From an uncultured Eubacteriales bacterium (GTDB lineage: Bacteria; Bacillota; Clostridia; Oscillospirales; CAG-272), in NCBI GenBank assembly GCA_934385225.1, contig CAKRPQ010000001.1, positions 4,876 to 68,875 on the forward strand: a stretch of 64,000 nucleotides of DNA, read 5' to 3'. Below, piece by piece: positions 27,342-36,418 of this stretch. The notes below the pieces were generated by a model, which saw only the letters and a list, made by a program, of their open reading frames with translations, was not told where the DNA came from and ran no database searches. Every line of letters starts with the position of its first letter. Position 1 is the first letter of the stretch. The translations under genes were made by a program, and so were the position numbers.

Positions 27342-29456
27342 TCAGAACAGACCGATGACCTTTGTCATGTAGCCTGCGCCCTTGCCCTTGAATGTGTCAA
27401 GGTAGGAGCAAGGATCACCGAAGTCAGGACCCCAACCCGAACCCCAGAACATATCGAAGTTACCTGCTTCGCCGTTAGCTGCGCGGTAACCGCATGCGTA
27501 GTAGTCTTCGGGAGTAGTAGCCTCAATGAGGTTGACCTGAACCTTGTCTGCGCCGAGAGTTTCCTCGGTTGTCTTCTTATAAGCCTGAGCCTGAGCGGAT
27601 TGGAGATCGCTTGCGGAATAGTAAACAACGTCGATCTGGATCGGGTATGTTACAGTATCGCCGAGTTCTTCAACAGCCTTTGCGAGGTGATCCTTAGCGG
27701 ATTCGGGGTTGAACCAACCGTCAACACCGTCCTGAACCTTGATACCTACGCCGAGCTTGTCGCAGTAGTACTGAACCATTTCACCGTACATAGTACCTGC
27801 GATGAAGGTGTGTCCGTCTGCGTCTGTTGTGTCAGCCGTAAGAGAAACGAACTCAGGGTGCGTGTACATATTTCTGAGGTTTGTTGTTGCAAGCTCGCCA
27901 CGGGAAACAGCGTTCATCGTAGTCTTATCGAATGCGAAGAGGACTGCCTTACGGAAGTTCTTGTTCTGCATAGCTGTGTGTGTGGAAATCTTAGCTGCAT
28001 CGTCTGCGGGAGTAGCGCAAGCGCCGCTTTCGAGAGCGAACGTACCGCGGTTGAGGTTAAGACCGCCGAAGTAGGTTGTGGAAGTCGTATCCGAGATGAA
28101 GGAGTACTTCTCGAAGTTACCGTCAGCGTCAGCGAGCTTACGGGTTGTCTCGTTGGAAACGCTGATACCTGCGTATGTGCCGTCAACAGTGCTGTTGTAA
28201 AGTGCTGTGAGGTCTTCGCCGTTATCGTATACCCACTTGATGGAGTCGAGCATTACCTTGTCGTTATTGTAGTAGTTCTTGTTACGAACGAGGTATATCT
28301 CAGAGTCCTTCTGGAGCTTCTGAACAAGGAACGGACCGCAGTAAACCTGAGATGCAACGTTTGTGGAAGCACCGAAGGTGTAGCTTTCGGTTGCGGTAGC
28401 CTCAGCGTATTCGTCTACGCCGTAAACACCGCCGTTAGCCTGGTAGAAACTGTCGCAGATAGGAAGGAAGCAGGAGTAGGTAAGCATTGTAAGGAAGTAA
28501 GAAGTAGGCTTTTCGAGAGTAATTTCGAGAGTGTACTTATCAACTGCCTTGTAACCTACGTTATCCCAGCTGCCGCCGTTTGCGTAATAGTCGGTTGCTC
28601 CTACAACGATGCCGTCAACGAGCCATTCAAGACCTGCCTTAGCATCGAGCATGTGACGGAAACCTGCAACGAAGTCGCTCGCCGTTACTTCTGCGTACTG
28701 AGTACCCTCAGCGGTGTACCAGTAAGCGCCCTGACGGAGAGTGAATGTGTAAACAGTGCCGTCCTCGGAAACTTCCCACTTTTCGGCGAGTGCGGGCTGC
28801 ATTTCGCCCATGTCATCGTACTCAACGAGACCGTCAACGCAGTTTACCGTGATTTCGGTATCGGACTGAGAGCTTGTGTTAAGCCAGTCGAGAGTTACGG
28901 GAGCTGTCTGGAAAGTTGTCGTGTAGTTTTTTTGGAGGGTGTGACCCTTGCCTGTAAGATAAGCAGCGGGATCGTATGTGCCCTCGCCGATCTTAGCCTT
29001 TGCCCACTGATCGAGAAGGTCGGCGCGCTCTTCCTTTGTAAGGAATTCGTCGGAGATAACGAGACCTTTAAGACGGTCATCGTCGTTACCCCACTGAACG
29101 TAAGGAATTGTTCTGGGTGCTACGCGAGAAATCGTGTAAGCACCGTTCTGTGTGGTGTTAGGGATCATTACAGCTGCATCGAGAAGAGCTGCTTCCGCCT
29201 GAGCGAAGAGTACGAAACGAGCGTTTACGTCCTCGAGAGCTTCTGCTTCGTCAAGGAGCTTAGCGTATTCGCCAAGAGCCGCATCATAGATCTGCTCATC
29301 ATCGCCGCGGACATACTCACCGGTAGAAGGTGTAACAACGTCTCCACCCTTATTATCGGTATTTGTGTCCTTGGTGTCGTCGCCGGTCTTACCGCAGGCA
29401 ACTACCATAGGCAGTACCATGAGAAGAGCCAGCACAAGTGCCAAAAACTTTTTCAT
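27342..29456 (-). CDS. oppA: peptide ABC transporter substrate-binding lipoprotein (family 5), enlarged (704 aa)
   Basis: Start re-called to MKKFLALVLALLMVLPMVVACG (ATG 29456, AGGAGG RBS; lipobox VVAC). SBP_bac_5-like blocks are present throughout. Confidence 0.88.
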   Translation of the reverse strand: MKKFLALVLALLMVLPMVVACGKTGDDTKDTNTDNKGGDVVTPSTGEYVRGDDEQIYDAALGEYAKLLDEAEALEDVNARFVLFAQAEAALLDAAVMIPNTTQNGAYTISRVAPRTIPYVQWGNDDDRLKGLVISDEFLTKEERADLLDQWAKAKIGEGTYDPAAYLTGKGHTLQKNYTTTFQTAPVTLDWLNTSSQSDTEITVNCVDGLVEYDDMGEMQPALAEKWEVSEDGTVYTFTLRQGAYWYTAEGTQYAEVTASDFVAGFRHMLDAKAGLEWLVDGIVVGATDYYANGGSWDNVGYKAVDKYTLEITLEKPTSYFLTMLTYSCFLPICDSFYQANGGVYGVDEYAEATATESYTFGASTNVASQVYCGPFLVQKLQKDSEIYLVRNKNYYNNDKVMLDSIKWVYDNGEDLTALYNSTVDGTYAGISVSNETTRKLADADGNFEKYSFISDTTSTTYFGGLNLNRGTFALESGACATPADDAAKISTHTAMQNKNFRKAVLFAFDKTTMNAVSRGELATTNLRNMYTHPEFVSLTADTTDADGHTFIAGTMYGEMVQYYCDKLGVGIKVQDGVDGWFNPESAKDHLAKAVEELGDTVTYPIQIDVVYYSASDLQSAQAQAYKKTTEETLGADKVQVNLIEATTPEDYYACGYRAANGEAGNFDMFWGSGWGPDFGDPCSYLDTFKGKGAGYMTKVIGLF

Positions 29457-29530
29457 TTTCTTTCCTCCTGAAAAGGTTAAAAATATATTGAACAAGAGCT
29501 GTTCGCTCAAGCCCGCAAAAGTTAAATATT

Positions 29531-29556
29531 TGACGGAATGCGACATCATTCCGTCA
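29531..29556. promoter_or_regulatory. perfect 10-bp inverted repeat in the oppA leader
   Basis: TGACGGAATG (29531-29540), 6 nt, CATTCCGTCA (29547-29556), 75-100 nt upstream of the oppA ATG. Confidence 0.35.
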
Positions 29557-29642
29557 CAAAAGTGTGATACGGACGTGTTTTTCGGTGGAAAAAGGCGTTT
29601 TAACGCTTCAATCAGCTGCTACGCCTTCAAATAGTTTGATAC

Positions 29643-29671
29643 ATTATACCATAACGGAAAAACAATTACAA
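29643..29671 (-). promoter_or_regulatory. putative sigma-A promoter of the opp operon
   Basis: On the minus strand: TTGTAA (29671-29666), 17 nt, TATAAT (29648-29643). Confidence 0.4.
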
Positions 29672-29820
29672 TGGGCATTATGCACAATATTTAATATCCG
29701 TCTTTGTGAACTTTTCACCAAAACGAGAGAAAAAGGGGCAAAAAAGGAACACAAAATGGCGATTTTGTGAACATAAAGTGTGCATTTAATGTACGAAGCG
29801 GAAAATTCGCGAGATTTTTT

Positions 29821-30220
29821 TATAGTCGGGGCGGTTGTGCTTGGATTATCGCAAACGACACCCCCGACTTTGCCTCCCCTGTGTACAAGGGGAGGCGGCG
29901 GAGGAGCGCAAGCCCTCCGACGGAAGGGTTGTCCGTCTATCTGCTGACGTGTGGTCTTGCAGTCTCAATCGACGCCCTTTCTTTTGACGTAGCAGGCGCA
30001 AAAGAAAGGGCTTAGCCCAAAGAAAAGCGCCGAGAACATTTCGCCTCTCCATCGTGCTTCGGGAAGAACCGTAGGTTCTTCATAGTCGGGGCGGTTGAAC
30101 TTGGACTAAATCGGACTTCACCCCCGACTTTGCCGTCTGCGGACGGCGACAAGGGCTATGCGCCCTTGACCGCACCGCCTTTTGCAAAAGGCGGGCGAAA
30201 ACTCTCAATCAAAGGCTGGA
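29821..30220. repeat. hairpin-module array A
   Basis: Module order is b'-c-d-e-f-g-a-b'-h-i-j-k (see findings). Examples: AGTCGGGG...CCCCGACT at 29824-29869 and again at about 30084-30130; GCCGTCTGCGGACGGC at 30132-30147. Confidence 0.85.
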
Positions 30221-30226
30221 GGTCAC

Positions 30227-30958
30227 TTAATCAGAGTCCGTTCCCCAGCCGTCAACATTCGCGTTCTTCATCGCCGTGAAAACGCGATGCCGAAGCCCTT
30301 TATGCTCTCTGTCAAGTCCGTCAAGCAATTTTTTCATCTCCTCGCGTTCGGTATTCCCGTTCGCGGGACACGCCGATTTTATCACGGGCAGGTCATTTTT
30401 CGCGGCAAAATACCGCACGTCCTTTTCGGGCATATAACAGAGAGGTCTTATGAGTTTTATCCCCGTTCTCGACAGGTACGACACGGGCGAAAAGCACCCG
30501 ACGCGTCCCTCAAAAAACAAATTCAGCATAAACGTTTCCACGGCGTCGTCAAAATGATGTCCGAGCGCGACGGAAGTACAGCCGATTTCCTTTGCCGCCG
30601 AATGAAGTGCTCCGCGTCTCATTTTTGCGCAGAGAGAGCACGGGTTTTCCTCGTGTCTCACCTCAAAAACGATCTTATAGATCTCCGTCGGGACGATTTT
30701 ATATTCAACGTCAAGCTCGTCGCAAAGTCGTTTTATCGGCGAAAAATCCGTCCCGCCGTCAAAGCCCATATCGACCGTTATCGCGACAAGTTCAAACCTT
30801 TTCGGGTAGAATTTCCGCAAAGTCGCAAGGGCGCAGAGAAGCGTCAGCGAGTCTTTACCCGCAGAGACGCCGACGGCGACCTTATCGCCGTCCTCTATCA
30901 TCTTATAGTCGTCGACCGCGCGGCGGACGAAGCTCATCGGTCTTTTGGTTTCTTCCAT
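30227..30958 (-). CDS. ttcA: PP-loop ATPase, tRNA 2-thiocytidine synthase TtcA-like
   Basis: PP-loop VGVSAGKDS, plus the CSLCAKMRRG and GHHFDD blocks typical of TtcA. Confidence 0.85.
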   Translation of the reverse strand: MEETKRPMSFVRRAVDDYKMIEDGDKVAVGVSAGKDSLTLLCALATLRKFYPKRFELVAITVDMGFDGGTDFSPIKRLCDELDVEYKIVPTEIYKIVFEVRHEENPCSLCAKMRRGALHSAAKEIGCTSVALGHHFDDAVETFMLNLFFEGRVGCFSPVSYLSRTGIKLIRPLCYMPEKDVRYFAAKNDLPVIKSACPANGNTEREEMKKLLDGLDREHKGLRHRVFTAMKNANVDGWGTDSD

Positions 30959-30977
30959 ATTATATACCGTCCTTTCG

Positions 30978-31748
30978 TCAGAATGCGCAGTCCTCGTAAA
31001 TTTTTTTGAATCTGTCCGTTTCGGTCAGGTGCGACGCTTCCGAATAGACGAGCAAGGCAGGTGTTACGGAAAGCCCCGCGGCACCGCCTTTTTTTGCTTC
31101 GACGAGCACCATCGACGGAGGTGCCGCCGCGTCGGCGCAGACGAAAGTCATTTTTTTCGGTTCAAGTTTATTTTCGCGCATGGCAGATATCAGATCCGAA
31201 AGTCTGTCGGGGCGATAGACACAGTAAAAAAGTCCTCCGTAGCGCAGAAGTCTGTTCGCGGCGGCGCAGAAATCGCCGATATTTCCGCAGACCTCGTGCC
31301 GCGCGATATATTTGCCGTCGTTTTCGTTGCGTCTGCCCGCGTTCGTCTTCATATACGGCGGGTTCGTGAACACGACATCGACCTCACCGTCCGTATCCGT
31401 GCTTTTCACGTCTCTTACGTCGGCGCAGACGGCTTTTATTCTGTCCGCAAAGCCGTTTAGCGCGGCGTTACGCGATGTCAGAGCAGCAAAATCTTCCTGC
31501 ACCTCGAAAGCGTATATCCTCGCGAGTTTTCCCTTTTCGGCGCAAAGCATCGAAACGATGCCGCTTCCCGACCCCAGTTCCGCACCGCGCGCGTTCTTTG
31601 CGCCTCTCATATAAGCGGCGAGAAGATAAGCGTCCGTACCGAAAGTCAGTCCGTCCGTCTTTTGAATAAGTTTTAGATTTTCGTTCACGCCGTCAAGGCG
31701 TTCGCCGTCGAATATTTCCATTCGTTTCCTTTCGGGCGTGAGCGGCAT
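30978..31748 (-). CDS. tRNA (adenine-N6)-methyltransferase (TrmN6/YfiC-like)
   Basis: SAM motif ELGSGSGIVS and catalytic NPPY (FTNPPYM). An alternative start is MEIFDG at 31721, with AAAGGAA upstream. Confidence 0.85.
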   Translation of the reverse strand: MPLTPERKRMEIFDGERLDGVNENLKLIQKTDGLTFGTDAYLLAAYMRGAKNARGAELGSGSGIVSMLCAEKGKLARIYAFEVQEDFAALTSRNAALNGFADRIKAVCADVRDVKSTDTDGEVDVVFTNPPYMKTNAGRRNENDGKYIARHEVCGNIGDFCAAANRLLRYGGLFYCVYRPDRLSDLISAMRENKLEPKKMTFVCADAAAPPSMVLVEAKKGGAAGLSVTPALLVYSEASHLTETDRFKKIYEDCAF

Positions 31749-31759
31749 TTCGCCTGTCC

Positions 31760-32722
31760 TTACGACTTTTCCCCGACCTCGCGCAGAATATCGAGTGCGG
31801 GTGCGGGGATTCTTCCGAGCCAGTCGGGACCTACGTTCACAAGGTAGTTCACGCCTCTTTCGTTCAGTTGTTTGCGGTGATTTATGACAGTTTCGGCATC
31901 TTTCCAGTTAGTGTCATAGTATTTGAAGCCCCATGTATCATTAAGCGTTGTCGGTGCTTCGCAGAGGCGTCCGTCGCGACCCGCCATCGAAAACTCGTTA
32001 TCCTCTCCCGAAACGTAATCGCCGAGACCGTTTCCGATACGGGAGTTTACAAGGCAATCGGGCTGATAATGCTTTATCATATCGTAAAGCTCGCGGCTCT
32101 GCGCGTCGCTTATCGTCTGCGGGGTGTCGCACCAGACAAGGAAAAGATCTCCGTATTTTGTGAGAATTTCTTTCATCTGCGTTTTGATCTTGCCCTCAAA
32201 ACACTCCGTATAGTTCTTTTTGTCGTTATCGGGATAATCCCAGTCGTTCGTCCAGCTCATATAGCCGCAGTTAGTGTGACCCGTTCTGTAACCGCCGCCG
32301 TTCGGCTCGTGCCAGTCAAGATCCTGCGAGTAGTAAAGACCGAGCTTCATTCCGTGCTTACAGCAAGCCTCTGCAAGCTCCGCGATAATGTCGCGGCCAA
32401 ACGGCGTGCCGTTTTTCGAATTGAAGTTGTCCCATTCGGATTCAAAGAGCGCAAAGCCCTCGTGATGCTTCGACGTGACGACGATATATTTCATTCCCGC
32501 CGACTTTGCCGCGAGAACCCACTCCTCGGCGTTAAAATACACGGGATTAAAGACATCCGCGAGCTTTTCGTACTCCGCGTTCGGGATTCTGAAATGAGAC
32601 TGCGCCCATTCGCCGATCACGTCCATTCTTTTGCCTCTCCACTCGCCGCCGAGAACGGAATAAAGTCCGAAATGAACCATCATTCCGAAGCCCGCCTCTT
32701 TGAAAAATTCCTTGTTGTTCAT
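31760..32722 (-). CDS. alpha-L-fucosidase (GH29 catalytic domain)
   Basis: Start re-called to MNNKEFFKEAGFGMMVHFGLYS (ATG 32722, AAGGAGG RBS). Contains TSKHHEGFALF and YYSQDLDWHE blocks. Confidence 0.85.
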   Translation of the reverse strand: MNNKEFFKEAGFGMMVHFGLYSVLGGEWRGKRMDVIGEWAQSHFRIPNAEYEKLADVFNPVYFNAEEWVLAAKSAGMKYIVVTSKHHEGFALFESEWDNFNSKNGTPFGRDIIAELAEACCKHGMKLGLYYSQDLDWHEPNGGGYRTGHTNCGYMSWTNDWDYPDNDKKNYTECFEGKIKTQMKEILTKYGDLFLVWCDTPQTISDAQSRELYDMIKHYQPDCLVNSRIGNGLGDYVSGEDNEFSMAGRDGRLCEAPTTLNDTWGFKYYDTNWKDAETVINHRKQLNERGVNYLVNVGPDWLGRIPAPALDILREVGEKS

Positions 32723-32791
32723 AATTTCCTCCTTGAAATTGCCGTAATATTGATTTACACTTTTATTATAGCTGTTTCGGGAGGAAAGTAA

Positions 32792-33580
32792 ATGACGGTT
32801 TTTGGCTTTTTGTTGTTCAAAATCGTCTTTTGCGGCGGTGTACAAATGAAAATAACAGAACTTTATACCTACGGCAGGAAAACGGTCACGGGGACATGGC
32901 ATATTTCACACGCCACGACAGTAAGCAGGCTCTATTTCCCGCACACGGGCGGAGCATATTACATTTCGGGCGGCGTGAAAACCTTCTTCGAGCCGGGGAA
33001 AGTGTATCTTTTGACGTCCTCCGAGCATTATACGCTCGGTCTTTGCGACGGTGCGTCGTTCGACCACACCTATTTTGACTTCGACATCATTCCGCCGCTC
33101 TCGTCCCCGCTGATTCTGCCCGCCGCAGGGGTTCTGTCGCACGCGTGCAGATACTGCGACGAATTGATTTCGGAATTTCGGGAACGTCCCGACTGGCTCG
33201 CCGATTTTATGACGGCGGAGCTTGACAACATACTCCTTTTCATCGAAAAAACAGAATACCCGCAGAGGGTTTCGGACGCACGCATTGAAGAAGCGATGAG
33301 CTTCATACGCGAAAATTTCTCGCGACCGATAACGGTAAGCGACATAGCGGCTCGCGTTCATCTTGAAAAAACGTATCTTATCGAGCTGTTCAAAAGGACG
33401 GTGCGCATGACGCCGCACGTCTATCTGCGCGCGTATCGCCTCGACCGTGCGGAGGCGATGTTAAGATCGGGAATATCCGTCGGTGACGCCGCGCTTCTTT
33501 GCGGTTTTGAGAGTACCTCGTCCTTTTCGCACACTTTCAAAAAATCGCGCGGATACCCGCCCGCGGAATTTCGCCGATAG
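32792..33580 (+). CDS. AraC-family transcriptional regulator, divergent from the fucosidase
   Basis: C-terminal double HTH (ITVSDIAARVHLEKTYLIELFKR...GFESTSSFSHTFKK). ATG 32792 has GGGAGG 7 nt upstream. An alternative start is MKITELY at 32846. Confidence 0.85.
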   Translation: MTVFGFLLFKIVFCGGVQMKITELYTYGRKTVTGTWHISHATTVSRLYFPHTGGAYYISGGVKTFFEPGKVYLLTSSEHYTLGLCDGASFDHTYFDFDIIPPLSSPLILPAAGVLSHACRYCDELISEFRERPDWLADFMTAELDNILLFIEKTEYPQRVSDARIEEAMSFIRENFSRPITVSDIAARVHLEKTYLIELFKRTVRMTPHVYLRAYRLDRAEAMLRSGISVGDAALLCGFESTSSFSHTFKKSRGYPPAEFRR

Positions 33581-33651
33581 AGGCAAGGCAATACCGAAAA
33601 ACGGTGCTGCCGCTTTCGTGACAACACCGCTTCCATATGTACCTTTCGGAA

Positions 33652-33825
33652 TCAGTCTTCCTTGGGTGCGCCTACGGGACAGACACCTGCGCAAGCACCG
33701 CACTCGATGCACTTTTCGGGATCGATAACGTACTTACCGCCGTCCTCGGAAATAGCTTCTACGGGGCACTCGCTCGCGCAAGCTCCGCAGCCGAGGCATT
33801 CTTCTTCGTTAATCTTATAAGCCAT
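33652..33825 (-). CDS. 2x[4Fe-4S] ferredoxin (57 aa; below the ORF-track cutoff)
   Basis: MAYKINEEECLGCGACASECPVEAISEDGGKYVIDPEKCIECGACAGVCPVGAPKED contains two CxxCxxCxxxCP motifs. GGAGG RBS. Confidence 0.85.
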   Translation of the reverse strand: MAYKINEEECLGCGACASECPVEAISEDGGKYVIDPEKCIECGACAGVCPVGAPKED

Positions 33826-33946
33826 GGTTTTACACCTCCAAAATATTTATGATGTTAATATTGTACCACATTTATCGTAAATTGCAATAGTTTTGCGTAA
33901 AAAATTTATTACCAATTCTTAAAATATGCGTTTTTTCGCGCGTAAA

Positions 33947-35257
33947 TCAGCTCTCCGCGTCGGGTTCTTCCGTCAGATCTGTCTGCATATCGTCTGTTTT
34001 ATTCGGCATTTTCAGAACCTTGACCGTATCTCTCTTGTAATATTTGGGTGCGGCGTCCGCCTTTTCGTTGAGTTTTACGCGCACAAGACCCGCTATCGGG
34101 TTTATCTCGGTGACGTTGCCCACGCCGTCCTCTGTTCTGACGAGCGCACCGACGGGCGGCGTTACGCGCAGCTCCGCCCGGTACGACTCATGCTCGTAGC
34201 GCAGGCAACACATAAGTCTGCCGCAATTGCCCGATATTTTTGCGGAATTGAGCGAAAGTCCCTGCTCCTTTGCCATTTTTATCGACACCTGAACGAAATC
34301 CGAGAGAAATCTCGCGCAGCACAGCGGTCTGCCGCACGCGCCGAGACCTCCCATCAGCTTCGATTCGTCTCTTATGCCTATCTGGCGCAGCTCTATGCGC
34401 GTTCTGAACACGGACGCAAGGTCCTTTACAAGCTCTCTGAAATCCACTCTGCCCGCGCTTGTGAAGTAGAAGAGGAGCTTGCTGTTATCGAACGTATATT
34501 CAACATCGACGAGCTTCATATCAAGCCCGTGCGCCTCAATCTTGCGTAAACCGATAACGAAAGCCTCTTTTTCCTTCTTCTTGTTCTCCTCGGCGCATTT
34601 TTTATCCTCCTCCGTCGCCTGTCTTATGACGGGACGAAGCGGCTTTACTATATCGCTCTCGCGAACGCTCTTGTTTCCCGCCGCGACGCAGCCGTATTCA
34701 ATGCCGCGCGCGGTTTCGACGACGGCATATGCGCCCGTCTTTATTTTAAGCTCGCCGGGGTCAAAATAATACACCTTTCCCGACGGCTTGAAGCGCACAC
34801 CTATAACGGTGACAAGCGACGCGGGATCGGTTTCCTCTTCCCGCGGCATGGTATTTTCGGGAGTGACGCCGAATGCGGCACCGTCCTCGCGGAGATTTTC
34901 GTTTATGCTTATATTTATGTTTTCCCCGAAAGCGGAAATTTCGGGCGCGAAAGCGGGAGCATTTTCTTTTTCGCTTTCATTTTCGTTTGCGCCTGTGTTT
35001 ACGTTTTCGGCGCGTTTTTCCCTGCGCTGAAAATCGCGGTCGCCGAAATTGCGGTTTTTTCTCGGTCTGAAATCGGTGTCGCCGTTCTGCGCGCCGTCGT
35101 TTCTTCTGCGTTCCGCGCCGTTCTGCGCGCCATTCGGCTCACCGTCCTTTTTCGGGCGGCAGTACGGGCGCTTTCTGCCGTAATGCGCGCTTCTGCCCTC
35201 TCCGCTTTTGTTTCTGTCCTGTGCGCCGTCGGCGCGTGTGTTCTTTTCGCTGTCCAT
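33947..35257 (-). CDS. ricT: PSP1-domain protein RicT/YaaT with a ~147-aa basic low-complexity N-terminal extension
   Basis: The PSP1 core is VRFKPSGKVYYFD...DVEYTFDNSKLLFYFTSAGRVDFRELVKDL...CGRPLCCARFL...CGRLMCCLRYE. It lies directly downstream of holB, as in Bacillus. Confidence 0.85.
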   Translation of the reverse strand: MDSEKNTRADGAQDRNKSGEGRSAHYGRKRPYCRPKKDGEPNGAQNGAERRRNDGAQNGDTDFRPRKNRNFGDRDFQRREKRAENVNTGANENESEKENAPAFAPEISAFGENINISINENLREDGAAFGVTPENTMPREEETDPASLVTVIGVRFKPSGKVYYFDPGELKIKTGAYAVVETARGIEYGCVAAGNKSVRESDIVKPLRPVIRQATEEDKKCAEENKKKEKEAFVIGLRKIEAHGLDMKLVDVEYTFDNSKLLFYFTSAGRVDFRELVKDLASVFRTRIELRQIGIRDESKLMGGLGACGRPLCCARFLSDFVQVSIKMAKEQGLSLNSAKISGNCGRLMCCLRYEHESYRAELRVTPPVGALVRTEDGVGNVTEINPIAGLVRVKLNEKADAAPKYYKRDTVKVLKMPNKTDDMQTDLTEEPDAES

Positions 35258-35288
35258 ATATGTAATATCCTTTTCTATTCAATAAGAC

Positions 35289-36320
35289 TCAGATAAGTCC
35301 GCATTCCGCGGCAAACGCGCACACCGTCAGTCTCACGTTCGCGTTGTAAAGAAGTCTGCTTTTCGCCCTTTCCGCGGCTTCGACAATGCCGAAAAGAGTC
35401 TCGGATTTATAGCCGAAAGCAAGTTCTGTCGCTTCATGCGCTTCACTCGGCGTAAAGAAGCAGAGCGGAGCGGCGTCGGCTTTTTTGAGTGCGAGCAGGT
35501 CTCTCGCGGCAAGCTCTATATCGTCGAATCTGTCCGAAAGCTCGTCGCGTTTCTGCGGAAAAGAGCCGATAAGAAATATCGCTTCTCTGCCCTTTCGTTT
35601 TCCCACGGCAAGCCGCAGAACCTCCGCGGCGTCGCGTCTGCTTTTAAGCAGCGGCTCTCGTTTTCCCTTGTCGAGAAGGTCAAGCGCGCGTCCTATGCTT
35701 CCGCACGCGAGCTTTACGGTCTCGTCGAACTCCGTTTCGCTTTCGCGGAGCAGTTTTGCGCCGTCCGCGTTTTTCGCAAGCGCGTTTTTAACGTCCGTGT
35801 CGGGCAGTGCCGAAAGTCTTATCACGGGTGCGCGGCTTCGAACGGTTTCGAGCAATGCGCCCGCGTCCTCGCAAAGGAGCAGAAACACAACGTATTCGGG
35901 CGGCTCTTCGAGCGTGAGCAGAAAAGCGTTCTGCGCCTGAACATTCATCGTATGCGCGTCCTCTATTATGTATGTTTTGACGTCAAGATCGTTCGGCGCG
36001 AAGAAAACGTCCTCACGCAGACGGCGTATAACGTCAACTCCGAGCTGTGCCTTGCCGTCCTCGCGTCCGATCGTTATCACGTCGGGCGACACGCCCGAAA
36101 AAATCTTTCTGCAAGACGGGCAGACGCCGCACGGCATATTCTGCTCGCCTCTTTCCCTGCCCGTGCAGGAAAACGATGCGGCGATCTCGCGCGCGAGCGT
36201 ATGTTTGCCGCTCCCGTAGGGCGCTTCTATAATGTAAGCGTGCGTGAGCGTTCCGCGCATAATGTCGGATTCAAGGCGTTTTTTTAGTTTTTCGTTTCCT
36301 AAAAGGTGCGGAAAAATCAT
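35289..36320 (-). CDS. holB: DNA polymerase III delta' subunit
   Basis: Start re-called to MIFPHLLGNEKLKKRL (ATG 36320, AGGAGG RBS). Contains THAYIIEAPYGSGKHTLA, the Zn module CGVCPSC, and LLTLEEPP. Confidence 0.85.
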   Translation of the reverse strand: MIFPHLLGNEKLKKRLESDIMRGTLTHAYIIEAPYGSGKHTLAREIAASFSCTGRERGEQNMPCGVCPSCRKIFSGVSPDVITIGREDGKAQLGVDVIRRLREDVFFAPNDLDVKTYIIEDAHTMNVQAQNAFLLTLEEPPEYVVFLLLCEDAGALLETVRSRAPVIRLSALPDTDVKNALAKNADGAKLLRESETEFDETVKLACGSIGRALDLLDKGKREPLLKSRRDAAEVLRLAVGKRKGREAIFLIGSFPQKRDELSDRFDDIELAARDLLALKKADAAPLCFFTPSEAHEATELAFGYKSETLFGIVEAAERAKSRLLYNANVRLTVCAFAAECGLI

Positions 36321-36361
36321 TTTCGCCCGTCCTCCTTTTTTCGCTCTCGTTAAATTATAGC

Positions 36362-36398
36362 AAAAAAAATTCCCGATGTCAAGTGGTAACATCGGGAA
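36362..36398 (-). terminator. rho-independent terminator after the U32 peptidase gene
   Basis: TTCCCGATGT (36370-36379) pairs with ACATCGGGAA (36389-36398). The minus strand then reads TTTTTTTT (36369-36362). Confidence 0.6.
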
Positions 36399-36418
36399 TA
36401 GGTATGTCGGAATTATAT

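Noticed and set aside
29821-30220. Possibility that the repeat clusters are CRISPR arrays
   Set aside because: There is no single repeat of fixed length alternating with unique spacers of fixed length. The modules are heterogeneous, contiguous and occur in both orientations. No cas genes or leader are present.
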